Positions 48,676-59,153 are shown, counted from the stretch's first letter. The stretch is 64,000 bases of DNA from Bacteroidota bacterium (GCA_026391675.1 JAPLDQ010000036.1:100522-164521); one strand, 5' to 3'. Notes: a model not told the origin generated them from the sequence alone. Translations and numbers: made by a program.

Positions 48676-49395
48676 ATGATATTAATTTTAAAAACAGGAA
48701 GCGCTTTAGCAAGTATTAGTTCTATTTATGGAGATTTTGAGGATTGGATAATTGAGAAAATGCAATTAATTGAAACAGAATTTTATATTCATTCCACGGA
48801 AAATTATGAAACACTTCCACCTGAACAACTTTATTCAGGAATAGTAATTACTGGCTCGCCATTAATGGTGAATGACATTAAATTGAAAGAAAGTAATTTA
48901 TGTAATTGGCTTCTTAATCAACAAAAAAGCGGAACTCCAATTCTGGGGATTTGTTTTGGTCATCAATTACTTGCTGTAATTAATGGTGGTTCTGTTGGAT
49001 ACAACAATACCGGAACTATAATTGGTTCAGCAAAAACACATTTAACTTTAGAAGGTCAGCAAGATAGGCTTCTCGGAGGTTTACCACCTGCTTTTGACGT
49101 ATATAAATCTCATCAGCAAAGTATACATAAGCTGCCTGAATCAGCAGAAATTCTTGCTGTAAATAATTCCGGAATTATTGATGCAGTCAGGTTTAATGCT
49201 AATTCATGGGGTCTTCAGTTTCATCCTGAATTTGATTTTGAAATTACAACATTATATATTCAGGAAAAATCTGATGCATTAAGCGCTGATGGATTTGATG
49301 TTCAGGCTTTATTACAGAATGTTGTCACCGTAGATTATGGCAACAGGATTTTAAAACGTTTCAAAGAAATAAGTATAAATAATATTTCATCTTAA
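48676..49395 (+). CDS. class I glutamine amidotransferase-like protein
   Basis: Nucleophile elbow GICFGHQLL and the His/Glu segment LQFHPEF. Confidence 0.75.
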   Translation: MILILKTGSALASISSIYGDFEDWIIEKMQLIETEFYIHSTENYETLPPEQLYSGIVITGSPLMVNDIKLKESNLCNWLLNQQKSGTPILGICFGHQLLAVINGGSVGYNNTGTIIGSAKTHLTLEGQQDRLLGGLPPAFDVYKSHQQSIHKLPESAEILAVNNSGIIDAVRFNANSWGLQFHPEFDFEITTLYIQEKSDALSADGFDVQALLQNVVTVDYGNRILKRFKEISINNISS

Positions 49396-49431
49396 TGCAA
49401 ATAAAAACAAGTTGAGGAATCAGTCTTCTAA

Positions 49432-49497
49432 GGGAAATTATCGAATCGATGCTGAGACCCTCGCGATTGAAATCGGGATGCACTGAATCCAACTGAG

Positions 49498-49500
<3 letters not shown>
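49432..49500 (-). pseudogene. tRNA-like remnant A (more degenerate copy)
   Basis: Same TAGCTCAGTTGGATTCAG start and CATCCCGATTTCAATCG core as remnant B. No foldable T arm, and it ends in AATTTCCC. Confidence 0.45.
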
Positions 49501-49936
<436 letters not shown>

Positions 49937-50008
49937 AAAATTAATGCTTTTTTTAAAACAACCAAATAAAATTTTTGTTTTTTTATTCTAACTTTAAAAA
50001 AAAACTTG

Positions 50009-50016
50009 TAGGTTTG
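50009..50016 (+). promoter_or_regulatory. Bacteroidota -7 box for the Omp85-family gene
   Basis: TAGGTTTG, 22 nt upstream of GTG 50039. Confidence 0.4.
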
Positions 50017-50038
50017 TAGTCTCATCAATGCGTTTAAA

Positions 50039-52393
50039 GTGATAAGATTTCGTCTGTTTATAAATATTATTTTAATAATTACAGCAATTGCTATACTTGC
50101 TTCGTGTAGTTCTACCCGAAAGTTAGAGGAAAACCAAATTCTCCTGAAAAAAAACAAGGTAATATCAAAAAATTACAATATCAGCAAAGAAGCCATTAAT
50201 GGTTTAATCAAACAAACACCCAATAAGAAATTCCTGGGTGTAAAAATTAAACTTGCTTTTTATAATCTTGCCCGTAAAGAAAACCCTAAAGGATTCAGCA
50301 GGTTTTTAATGAAAATTGGAGAGCCACCTGTTGTTTTAGATACTTTACTTACCAATATTACATTAAAAAAGATGAGTTTGTATTTAGATAATCATGGATT
50401 TTTTAATTCAGATGTTGAAAAAATAATTGAGTATCCAAGCAAAAAAAAGGCTATTGTTACCTATAAAATTATTGCAGCTAAACCTTATAAGATCAATGAA
50501 ATAAACTATATAATTGAAGATGAAAATCTTAATGCAAATATTTCATCAATTAAAGAAAATTCTCTGCTCAAAAAAGGAGATATCTATGATATTGAAATAT
50601 TTGAGAAAGAAAGGGAACGTATTGTTACAAATTTAAAAAATCTGGGATATTTTGCCTTTACAAAGGATTATCTGGTATATAAGGTTGACAGTGCATTGAA
50701 CAATTACACAATGAATGTTACAGTAATCGTGAGAAATCCACTTATTACAAGCCTTTCTAATCCTGACAGCTTGATTAAGCGGAGTCATAAACGATATAAA
50801 ATACGGAATATCTATATTTACCCTGATTATAATCCTTTATTGTCAAATACTATTAAAATAGATACGGTATTATTTGATGTTCCTCAATTTGAAAACAAGG
50901 CAATTTTAAATCATTACTACTTTATTCACAACAGTGAAATTAAAATCAGAAAAAAAACATTTTCGCAATCCATTTTTATTAATTCAAACAATTATTTTAA
51001 CCTGATGGATGTTGAGCAAACTTACAACAGATTGGCTGAGTTAAAGAATTTCAGGTTTATTAATATTGGATTTGAAGAACTGAATGAAGATAGTGCTGAT
51101 TTAAAAAATGGTGAACAATCATTGGAATGTAAGATTGAACTGGCAAAAAATAAAGCAAATTCAGTATCTACAGAGCTTGAAGGAAGTAATTCTTCAGGTT
51201 ATTTCGGTTTGGCAAGCAATATTTTGTTCCAAAATAAAAATATATTCAAAGGTGCAGAAATTTTTAGTTTAAAGTTAAGAGGTGTATTAGAAAATCAAAA
51301 AATTACAATTACTTCAGATAAATCTAATTTACCTCTTTTCAACACTTTCGAATACGGAATAGAATCCAGTCTTGAAATCCCCAAATTTTTAATTCCTATT
51401 TCACAGGAACGCTTTCCAAAGTACTTTAAACCCAAAACTACTATTAGTGCAGGTTATAATTATCAAAAACGACCTGATTTTAAGAGAACAATAACCAATG
51501 CTGCCTTCGGTTATGATTGGAAATTATCAAAATATATTCAGATTATCATCAACCCGGCTGAAATTAATGCAGTTAAAATTTATCCTGATTCCGCTTTCAA
51601 GGCTACTATAAACGGACTGGCTGATAAGCGTTTAAAATACCAATATACTGACCACCTCACTCCAGACGGAAGAATCAGCTTTATTTACAATAATCAGGAC
51701 CCTAACAAAAGAAGAGATTTTACATTTTTCAGAACAAACTTTGAATTTGCCGGTAATACTTTTTATCTTTATAAAAAAGTCTTTGATAATAATCGAAATC
51801 CGGAAGGTTATTATCAATCTTTTAATCTGATTTTTTCACAATATTTTCGTTTTGATTTTGAGCTTAAAGGCTATTTTTATTATAATTCCAGTAATTTTTT
51901 AGTAGCAAGAATTCTTAGTGGTATTGGATTGCCTTATGGAAATTCAAAACAATTACCTTACGAAAAAAGTTTTGTAGCTGGTGGTGCTAACGACATAAGA
52001 GCCTGGCGATTACGTTCACTGGGACCCGGTTCATATAGCGATGCTAAAGCAGAAAATTTCGACAGAATTGGTGACTTTTCACTGGAATTTAATATTGAAG
52101 ATCGTTTTCAGATTTATAAACTATTACATGGTGCATTATTTGTGGATGCAGGCAATATCTGGCTTAATAAAAGAAATGAAATATTTCCGGGCGGTGAAAT
52201 AAGTTTTGATAAATTATTGAATCAAATTGCTATAGGAGCCGGTTTTGGAGTACGCCTCGATTTTTCTTTCTTACTCATACGTGTTGATGCAGCCATTCCA
52301 TTAAAAGACCCTTCAAAATCAAGAGAATGGGTAATCACAAATTCAGGTTTCAGAGATTTTGTATTGAACTTTGGTATCGGATATCCTTTTTAA
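50039..52393 (+). CDS. Omp85-family outer-membrane protein (TamA/BamA-like)
   Basis: Signal/lipobox (ILASCSS), POTRA-like N-terminal half, and a D15-type barrel with GGANDIRAW ending GIGYPF. GTG start 23 nt after a TAnnTTTG box. Confidence 0.75.
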   Translation: MIRFRLFINIILIITAIAILASCSSTRKLEENQILLKKNKVISKNYNISKEAINGLIKQTPNKKFLGVKIKLAFYNLARKENPKGFSRFLMKIGEPPVVLDTLLTNITLKKMSLYLDNHGFFNSDVEKIIEYPSKKKAIVTYKIIAAKPYKINEINYIIEDENLNANISSIKENSLLKKGDIYDIEIFEKERERIVTNLKNLGYFAFTKDYLVYKVDSALNNYTMNVTVIVRNPLITSLSNPDSLIKRSHKRYKIRNIYIYPDYNPLLSNTIKIDTVLFDVPQFENKAILNHYYFIHNSEIKIRKKTFSQSIFINSNNYFNLMDVEQTYNRLAELKNFRFINIGFEELNEDSADLKNGEQSLECKIELAKNKANSVSTELEGSNSSGYFGLASNILFQNKNIFKGAEIFSLKLRGVLENQKITITSDKSNLPLFNTFEYGIESSLEIPKFLIPISQERFPKYFKPKTTISAGYNYQKRPDFKRTITNAAFGYDWKLSKYIQIIINPAEINAVKIYPDSAFKATINGLADKRLKYQYTDHLTPDGRISFIYNNQDPNKRRDFTFFRTNFEFAGNTFYLYKKVFDNNRNPEGYYQSFNLIFSQYFRFDFELKGYFYYNSSNFLVARILSGIGLPYGNSKQLPYEKSFVAGGANDIRAWRLRSLGPGSYSDAKAENFDRIGDFSLEFNIEDRFQIYKLLHGALFVDAGNIWLNKRNEIFPGGEISFDKLLNQIAIGAGFGVRLDFSFLLIRVDAAIPLKDPSKSREWVITNSGFRDFVLNFGIGYPF

Positions 52394-53916
52394 AAAGGAA
52401 TATCATCTGGCATATTATTCATTTTTGACGGAATGGTTCTTGTTATAGGTGCACCGGTGTCAAAATCATCATTGGGACTTATATAAGTCGGTGTATCGAA
52501 ATCTGTGTTGTCATCATCGGCAAATTTGGCAAAAGTATTGATGAATCTTAATCTTACCTCATCAGTTGGTCCATTACGGTGTTTAGCAATGATAATATCT
52601 GCCATTCCACGTGTATCACCTTTTTCATCCTGATCGATTTTATAATAATCAGGACGATAAATAAACATAACAATATCAGCATCCTGCTCAATGGCACCTG
52701 ATTCACGTAAGTCGGATAATATAGGCTTTTTGGTACCTCCACGTGTTTCAACTGCCCTGCTTAACTGAGACAAAGCCAGAATCGGAATTCTTAATTCTTT
52801 TGACAGTGCTTTTAATTGTCTCGAAATCATACTTATCTCCTGTTCCCTGTTGCCTTTAGCTTCAGAAGAACCCTGCATTAACTGCAAATAATCAATAAAA
52901 ACCATCGAAATATCATGCTTTTGCTTTAAACGACGGCATTTTGCGCGTAATTCAAATATCGTAAGTGCCGGTGTATCATCAATGTATAATGGTGCATCAA
53001 TCAAAGAGGTGACTTTTGTATTCAACTGTGCCCATTCATAATCTTTTAAATTGCCCTTTTTTAATTTGTCAGCGGTTAGTTGTGATTCGCTGGAGATTAA
53101 ACGCATAACCAATTCAACTGCAGACATTTCAAGAGAGAAAAAAGCAACTGATTTTTTAAAATCAACAGCTATATTTCTTGCCATGGTTAAAGCAAAAGCT
53201 GTTTTTCCCATAGATGGACGGGCTGCTAAAATTATTAAATTCGATTTCTGCCAGCCGGAAGTGAGCCGGTCTAATTTTGTAAAACCTGATGGTACACCAC
53301 TTAAACCATGTTCATGGTCTTTCGTCGCTTCTATTTCTTTGATAGCTTCCCTGATAATGGATTGCATATCAGAATAATCGCTTCTGAAGTTCTTTTCGCC
53401 AATGGATAATAAACTGCTTTCGGTTCTGTCCAATAATTCGAGCACATCAGTAGTATCTTCGTAAGCATCGTGCTCAATTTCGGAAGCAATTTTTATCAAT
53501 TCGCGCTGTATATATTTTTGCGAAATAATTCTGGAGTGAAATTCAATATTAGCTGCTGAAGCAACTCTGTTGGTCAACTGTGTAATATAATAAGCACCTC
53601 CAACAAACTCGAGTTCACCCTGAGTTTTTAATTCGTTAGTAACTGTCAGAATATCTACAGGATGAGAGTTGGCAAACAAACGACAAATAGAAGAATAAAT
53701 CTTTTGATGTTGTTCTTTGTAAAAAAATTCAGGTTTTATAATATCTATAACTGAATTAAGAGCATCCTGTTCCAGCATTAAAGCACCAAGCACAGCTTCT
53801 TCAAGGTCAACGGCCTGAGGCTGCATTCTGCCTTGTTGAGCAATATTATGAATGGCTGCTAAACTTTGAGCTGTTCTTTTACGTTTATTTTCTTTTGCTA
53901 AATTATTTTCTTCCAT
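52390..53916 (-). CDS. dnaB: replicative DNA helicase
   Basis: DnaB N-domain (PQAVDLEEAVLGALML), Walker A ARPSMGKTAF, plus the IDYLQLM and SQLSRAVE motifs. Confidence 0.95.
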   Translation of the reverse strand: MEENNLAKENKRKRTAQSLAAIHNIAQQGRMQPQAVDLEEAVLGALMLEQDALNSVIDIIKPEFFYKEQHQKIYSSICRLFANSHPVDILTVTNELKTQGELEFVGGAYYITQLTNRVASAANIEFHSRIISQKYIQRELIKIASEIEHDAYEDTTDVLELLDRTESSLLSIGEKNFRSDYSDMQSIIREAIKEIEATKDHEHGLSGVPSGFTKLDRLTSGWQKSNLIILAARPSMGKTAFALTMARNIAVDFKKSVAFFSLEMSAVELVMRLISSESQLTADKLKKGNLKDYEWAQLNTKVTSLIDAPLYIDDTPALTIFELRAKCRRLKQKHDISMVFIDYLQLMQGSSEAKGNREQEISMISRQLKALSKELRIPILALSQLSRAVETRGGTKKPILSDLRESGAIEQDADIVMFIYRPDYYKIDQDEKGDTRGMADIIIAKHRNGPTDEVRLRFINTFAKFADDDNTDFDTPTYISPNDDFDTGAPITRTIPSKMNNMPDDIPF

Positions 53917-54017
53917 TTGTCAAAAATACTAAATATGTTGTATGCAAAAATAATCTAATCACAGAATTTTTAATGAATAATATTTTTATTTTCACAATTA
54001 TTTTCAAAACTCTTTGG

Positions 54018-54025
54018 TAATTTTG
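54018..54025 (+). promoter_or_regulatory. Bacteroidota -7 box for the hydrolase-mtnP genes
   Basis: TAATTTTG, 21 nt upstream of ATG 54047. Confidence 0.45.
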
Positions 54026-54046
54026 CATTTAAAGAATTTTTAAATT

Positions 54047-54853
54047 ATGAATGAAGCTTTTTTAAATTATTATAACAAAATAATCCATTATACCACTGAA
54101 GGACAAGGGAATACTATTGTTTTACTCCATGGTTTTATGGAATCTCTTCAGATTTGGGAAGATTTTTCTTATGAACTGGCAAAAAAACACAGGGTTGTAT
54201 GTATTGATTTACCCGGTCATGGTAAAAGTGAATGCATTCAGCAAGTGCATACCATGGAATTAATGGCCGATGTGATAAAAAGAGTTGTCGATGAGCTGGA
54301 AATTACTTCTTTTCTGTTAATCGGACACTCTATGGGTGGATATGTCAGCCTGCAGTTTGCTGACAAATATCCTGATATGCTCAAAGGGCTGGTATTATTC
54401 CATTCGCAGGCAATGGCAGATACTGAAGAAGGCAAAATAATGCGCGACAGAACCTGTGACATTGTAAAACAAAACCGTAAGAACTTCATTATACATTTTA
54501 TTCCTGATTTATTTGCTGAAGAAAATATTGAAAAATTTGCAAAAGAAATCAGCCTTTTACAATCTTTTGTAATTGATATGAAAGAAGAAGCAATAATAGC
54601 TGCAATTCAGGGGATGAAAGGAAGAGAAGCAAGATTTAATGTTTTAAAAGATTTGTCTGTTCCTGTTTTGTTTATATTAGGGAAAATGGACAAGAGAATC
54701 AGTTTACAGAATGCAATGGAACAGGCACAATTACCTGTTCATGCCGAAGTTTTGTTATTAGAAATAGGTCACATGGGTTATATCGAAGCCAGAAATGAAA
54801 CCTTGCATACAATTAAAGCATTTGCAGAAAAGTGTTTTGAGTTGAAGTTTTAA
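54047..54853 (+). CDS. alpha/beta-fold hydrolase
   Basis: HGF oxyanion region (VLLHGFMES) and nucleophile elbow GHSMGG. Confidence 0.75.
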   Translation: MNEAFLNYYNKIIHYTTEGQGNTIVLLHGFMESLQIWEDFSYELAKKHRVVCIDLPGHGKSECIQQVHTMELMADVIKRVVDELEITSFLLIGHSMGGYVSLQFADKYPDMLKGLVLFHSQAMADTEEGKIMRDRTCDIVKQNRKNFIIHFIPDLFAEENIEKFAKEISLLQSFVIDMKEEAIIAAIQGMKGREARFNVLKDLSVPVLFILGKMDKRISLQNAMEQAQLPVHAEVLLLEIGHMGYIEARNETLHTIKAFAEKCFELKF

Positions 54854-54872
54854 AAAAATCAAAAATAATAAT

Positions 54873-55625
54873 ATGATAAAATTAGGAATAATTGGGGGAT
54901 CAGGTCTGGAGAAGCTAAATCTATTCACTGATGCCAAAGTTGTTGAAGCTACAACTAAATATGGCACTCCAAGTTCACCCATTATTTGCGGAAAAATAAG
55001 TGGAATTGAAGTTTTCATTATCTCCCGGCATGGAACAATGCACGACATCCCTCCCACGCAGGTGAATAACAGAGCCAATATTACAGCATTAAAAGAAATT
55101 GGATGTACACATATTCTAGCAACTACAGCTTGCGGCAGTTTAAAGGAAGAAATAAAACCCGGTGATATGGTTGTTCCCGACCAGTTTATTGATTTCACCA
55201 GGCACAGAACTGTTACTTTCTTTGAAAGTTTCGAAGCTGAAAATATGGCTCATACGCCAATGGCAGATCCTTTCGACAGTAAATTGCGTGAAATTATATC
55301 AACAGTTGCCGGAGAACTGAATTTTAAAATTCATGATAAAGGAACAATTATTACCATTGAAGGTCCACGTTTTTCGACCAGAGCCGAATCAAAAATGTTC
55401 AGAATGTGGGGCGCTGATTTAATAAATATGAGTACAGCCCCGGAAGCTATTTTAGCCAACGAAGCGCAGATTCCTTATGCTGCTATTGCATTAAGCACCG
55501 ATTATGATTGCTGGAAAACAGATATTGAAGCTGTTTCATGGGAAAGTGTACTGAAAGTATTTAATCAGAATGTGAACAATGTTACGCTTTTATTGGTTGA
55601 GATAATTAAGAAACTGGGGAATTAG
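54873..55625 (+). CDS. mtnP: S-methyl-5'-thioadenosine phosphorylase
   Basis: PNP/MTAP family motifs GIIGGSG, SRHG, ATTACGSL and NMSTAPEA; 250 aa. Confidence 0.85.
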   Translation: MIKLGIIGGSGLEKLNLFTDAKVVEATTKYGTPSSPIICGKISGIEVFIISRHGTMHDIPPTQVNNRANITALKEIGCTHILATTACGSLKEEIKPGDMVVPDQFIDFTRHRTVTFFESFEAENMAHTPMADPFDSKLREIISTVAGELNFKIHDKGTIITIEGPRFSTRAESKMFRMWGADLINMSTAPEAILANEAQIPYAAIALSTDYDCWKTDIEAVSWESVLKVFNQNVNNVTLLLVEIIKKLGN

Positions 55626-55667
55626 TTATTAGGTTATTAGTAATAAGTTATTGGTTATTGGGTTATT
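55625..55667. repeat. array of five GTTATT units (7-8-bp spacing)
   Basis: GTTATTAG GTTATTAG TAATAA GTTATTG GTTATTGG GTTATT. The array starts inside the mtnP stop codon. Confidence 0.7.
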
Positions 55668-55679
55668 AAATATATTATT

Positions 55680-56231
55680 ATGAAAAGATTAACGCTATTA
55701 CTTTTAACAATATTATTTGTAAAAATATCCTATTGCCAATCAAAAAACCCTCATTTCTTTAAATTAACTGATACAAAATTTAAGGTAGGAAGTATTTATA
55801 TTTTACCTGATATAATATATTATACAGATGATTATAATAATTCTAAATATAGCTGTTTAGATTCAATTATTCCTTTTTTTAATAAGAATCCAAAATTAAT
55901 CATTGAAATCGGTTGTCATTCAGATTCTCGTAAAGTTGCGATGACATTAGATACTCTTACATTAAGAAGATCACAACAAATTATTGGATATTTCATTGTT
56001 AAAGGTGTACCTCCGGCACAAATCAGGGCATGTGGCTATGCAGAAAGGGTTCCCAGATATCTCGAAAAAGATTATTCTTTTAAAAAAGAAAATTCATATT
56101 GTGATATAACATTTAAAAAAGGAATTTTCATAACAGAAGATTTTATCAAAACACTAAAAACAAAAAATGAAAGAGAAGCTGCATTTAGCTTGAATAGAAG
56201 AGCTGAAATGAAGATAATTATGATTAAATAG
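55680..56231 (+). CDS. OmpA_C-like domain protein
   Basis: Signal peptide and a C-terminal OmpA-like fold (IEIGCHSDSR...LTLRRSQ...NRRAEMKI). Confidence 0.6.
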   Translation: MKRLTLLLLTILFVKISYCQSKNPHFFKLTDTKFKVGSIYILPDIIYYTDDYNNSKYSCLDSIIPFFNKNPKLIIEIGCHSDSRKVAMTLDTLTLRRSQQIIGYFIVKGVPPAQIRACGYAERVPRYLEKDYSFKKENSYCDITFKKGIFITEDFIKTLKTKNEREAAFSLNRRAEMKIIMIK

Positions 56232-56258
56232 ATTTAATTTCAAAAATAAAAGCCAAGC

Positions 56259-56312
56259 AATAACCTAATAACTTAATAACCAATAACTATTAACTATTAA
56301 CTATTAACTAAT
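56259..56312. repeat. array of four AATAAC units followed by (AACTATT)x3.9 heptamer tandem repeat
   Basis: AATAAC at 56259, 56267, 56275 and 56282 (reverse complement of the 55625 array). Heptamer AACTATT at 56285, 56292 and 56299, then AACTAAT. The array ends 1 nt before the ade ATG. Confidence 0.7.
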
Positions 56313-56313
56313 T

Positions 56314-57936
56314 ATGGAAATATCAGGAAATATAGTAGATGTAGTAAATAAACGGATTTACCAAGGCATTATTACAGTCGAAAACGGTAAAATCACTGGC
56401 ATTACCGAAAAAAATGTGACTGAAACCCAATTTATTTTACCGGGTGTGATTGATGCTCACGTTCATATCGAAAGCTCCATGATTATTCCATCTGAATTTG
56501 CAAGATTAGCCGTTGTACATGGTACAGTTGCAACCATTTCTGACCCACATGAAATAGGCAATGTACTAGGAATGAAGGGTGTGGATTTTATGATAAAAAA
56601 TGGGGCAAAAACACCCTTTAAATTTTATTTTGGAGCACCATCCTGTGTGCCTGCTACCCCTTTTGAAACATCCGGAGCATCCCTTGGCGTTGAAGAAATT
56701 GATATATTACTGTCAAAGCCTGAAGTAAAATATTTGTCGGAAATGATGAATTTCCCCGGTGTAATATATCAGGACAAAGATGTAATGCAGAAATTAGCTG
56801 TGGCTAAAAAGTACAATAAGCCTGTAGATGGCCATGCTCCTGGTTTAAAAGGTGAAGATGCCGCCAAATATGTAACTGCCGGTATTACCACCGACCATGA
56901 ATGCTTTACCATAGCTGAGGCTATTGATAAAATCAATAGTGGTATGCTTATTCAGATTCGCGAAGGCAGTGCAGCTAAAAATTTTGATGCCCTGATTGCT
57001 TTGCTGAATACTCATCCTGATTGTGTAATGTTTTGTTCTGATGACAAACACCCCAACGATCTGGTAAAAGGACACATCAATCAGTTAATAAAAAGAGCTA
57101 TTGCAGCTGGTTATGATATATTTAGTGTTATTCGGGCCTGTACTTACATACCTGTTAAGCATTATAATCTGGAAGTAGGTTTATTGCAAAAAAATGACGC
57201 TGCCGATTTTATCATGATAGATAATTTACAGGATTTTAATGTTTTAAGTACATACATTGATGGAAATAAAGTAGCCGAAAATGGAAAATCGCTTTTATCA
57301 AGTGTTGAAGAAACAACACCAAATATTTTCAATGCAGCTCCAATTAATGAAGCCGGAATCAAAGTAATTTACAACAATAAAAAAATCAGGGTAATCAAAG
57401 CATTTGACGGAGAGTTAATTACAGAATGCCTTACATTAACACCCAAAGTTGAAAACAATTTCATCATCAGCGATATAGAAAATGATGTGTTGAAACTTGT
57501 TGTAATGAATCGTTATCAGGCGGCGAAACCGGCAGTAGCGTTTATTAAGGGATTTGAGTTAACAGCAGGTGCACTTGCCTCAACTGTGGCTCACGACAGC
57601 CATAATATTATTGCAGTGGGTACAAATGACAGTGATATTGTAAAAGCCATTAACCTCCTTATCGGATCAAAAGGCGGGATTTCGCTGGTAAATAAGGATG
57701 AAAGCTATCATTTACCATTAGCTGTGGCAGGATTAATGTCAGCAGAAGATGGTTTTAAAGTAGCTGAAAAATATGAATTGATAAATAATAAATCAAAAAC
57801 ACTGGGAAGTAAACTTAATGCTCCTTATATGACCTTGTCATTTATGGCATTACTTGTAATTCCTGCATTAAAGTTAAGTGATAAAGGCTTGTTCGACGGG
57901 ACTAAATTTGAATTTACAAAATTAGATGTGAATTAA
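56314..57936 (+). CDS. ade: adenine deaminase
   Basis: Amidohydrolase metal motif VIDAHVHIESS and a 540-aa two-domain length. Family segments EMMNFPGV and GHAPGL. Confidence 0.85.
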   Translation: MEISGNIVDVVNKRIYQGIITVENGKITGITEKNVTETQFILPGVIDAHVHIESSMIIPSEFARLAVVHGTVATISDPHEIGNVLGMKGVDFMIKNGAKTPFKFYFGAPSCVPATPFETSGASLGVEEIDILLSKPEVKYLSEMMNFPGVIYQDKDVMQKLAVAKKYNKPVDGHAPGLKGEDAAKYVTAGITTDHECFTIAEAIDKINSGMLIQIREGSAAKNFDALIALLNTHPDCVMFCSDDKHPNDLVKGHINQLIKRAIAAGYDIFSVIRACTYIPVKHYNLEVGLLQKNDAADFIMIDNLQDFNVLSTYIDGNKVAENGKSLLSSVEETTPNIFNAAPINEAGIKVIYNNKKIRVIKAFDGELITECLTLTPKVENNFIISDIENDVLKLVVMNRYQAAKPAVAFIKGFELTAGALASTVAHDSHNIIAVGTNDSDIVKAINLLIGSKGGISLVNKDESYHLPLAVAGLMSAEDGFKVAEKYELINNKSKTLGSKLNAPYMTLSFMALLVIPALKLSDKGLFDGTKFEFTKLDVN

Positions 57937-58271
57937 AGATTTTCTTTAATTTCAAGCAAAAACCCTTTAATTTTTTCTAACGATTTTACAATTTCGTGAT
58001 TGTTAATCACTTCGGTTTTATTTTCGTTCAATTTATCCTTTGCACCCTGCAAAGTAAAACCGCGTTCCTTCACCAGATGATAAATAAGATGAAAATTATC
58101 AATATCCTGCTTTGTAAAAAAACGTGTTCCTTTATTGTTTTTATGTGGTTTAATAACCTCAAATTCTTTTTCCCAAAAACGTATTAATGAGGTGTTTACA
58201 TTAAACATTTCAGCCACTTCTCCTATGGAGAAATAAATTTTTTCTATTTCTTTATTTATTTTTACAGGCAT
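57933..58271 (-). CDS. MerR-family transcriptional regulator
   Basis: HTH segment FSIGEVAEMFNVNTSLIRFWEKEF; 112 aa. Confidence 0.8.
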   Translation of the reverse strand: MPVKINKEIEKIYFSIGEVAEMFNVNTSLIRFWEKEFEVIKPHKNNKGTRFFTKQDIDNFHLIYHLVKERGFTLQGAKDKLNENKTEVINNHEIVKSLEKIKGFLLEIKENL

Positions 58272-58316
58272 TTTATCAAATCGTATAATTACAACAAAGG
58301 TAAAAATAATTCATTA

Positions 58317-59153
58317 CTATTTTTTCATAATAATAATATCCTGAAAATCAGGAAAATTTTCTTTTTGCCTACCACTCCAGAAACCGAATCTCATTTGTTC
58401 AATTTTTAAGCCATTTTCTTTCAGTACACTTTCAATCCATTCCTGTTTATAAGCCACATTGGCTGTTTTTGTATCCAAACTCATTAATGAATAATCACCC
58501 TGTTGATAAGGAAATTTGAAAGTATCTTCAGTTTTGTTCATTAATGTTTCAGATTCCTTATTTAATATAAAAAAAGTGGCTAAACAATAACCGTTTGGCT
58601 TGAGAACGCGGGAGATTTCTTTAATGTATTGTTCAACTTCTGCCTGCAACATATGCGTAAATACAGAAGTAAGGAATACTAAATCAAATTTGTTTTCTTT
58701 GTATGGAAAAGTATATGCTTCCCCTTTTATAATACCTTTTGTATTATATAAATCGTTGTAAATATCAGAATGAATAAAATTAAACTGAGGATTTGTCACA
58801 GAAATATGTTTATTACACCAGTCAACTCCGGTTTTTACGATATCAATTCCTTCATAATTGACGTCATCATTAAGGTATCCAATAAAAGGAACTGCCATTC
58901 TACCAACGCCACTCCCAATATCAAGAATGCTATAATCAGGTTGTAAATCACAATATTGCTTAAAATATTGAAAAAATATATTTGCTTGCTTTAGATAATC
59001 ACCTCTTCCCGTAAAAACCATTCCCCGGGGAGGAATATATTTTTGTTTTTTCCCTGTAATGTTTTCATAAAAATCATAAGGAAAATATATAAACCTGCGG
59101 ATATAATACCGTTGATTGGGGCTTATTTTGTAAAACAAATTTCGTAAAGTCAT
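58317..59153 (-). CDS. class I SAM-dependent methyltransferase
   Basis: SAM motif I ILDIGSGVGR and post-I acidic residue GIDI; 278 aa. Confidence 0.75.
   Translation of the reverse strand: MTLRNLFYKISPNQRYYIRRFIYFPYDFYENITGKKQKYIPPRGMVFTGRGDYLKQANIFFQYFKQYCDLQPDYSILDIGSGVGRMAVPFIGYLNDDVNYEGIDIVKTGVDWCNKHISVTNPQFNFIHSDIYNDLYNTKGIIKGEAYTFPYKENKFDLVFLTSVFTHMLQAEVEQYIKEISRVLKPNGYCLATFFILNKESETLMNKTEDTFKFPYQQGDYSLMSLDTKTANVAYKQEWIESVLKENGLKIEQMRFGFWSGRQKENFPDFQDIIIMKK

Noticed and set aside
53921-53951. Two TATTTTTG boxes (minus strand, 53928..53921 and 53951..53944) upstream of dnaB.
   Set aside because: The proximal box is only 4 nt from the ATG, so its transcription start site would fall inside the gene. 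The distal one is plausible, but with two candidates and no other evidence I did not list either as a feature.
54758-55198. 146-aa ORF on the minus strand spanning the hydrolase-mtnP junction.
   Set aside because: It overlaps two motif-supported plus-strand genes (GHSMGG hydrolase, MTAP). No recognisable motif or promoter box, so a spurious antisense ORF.
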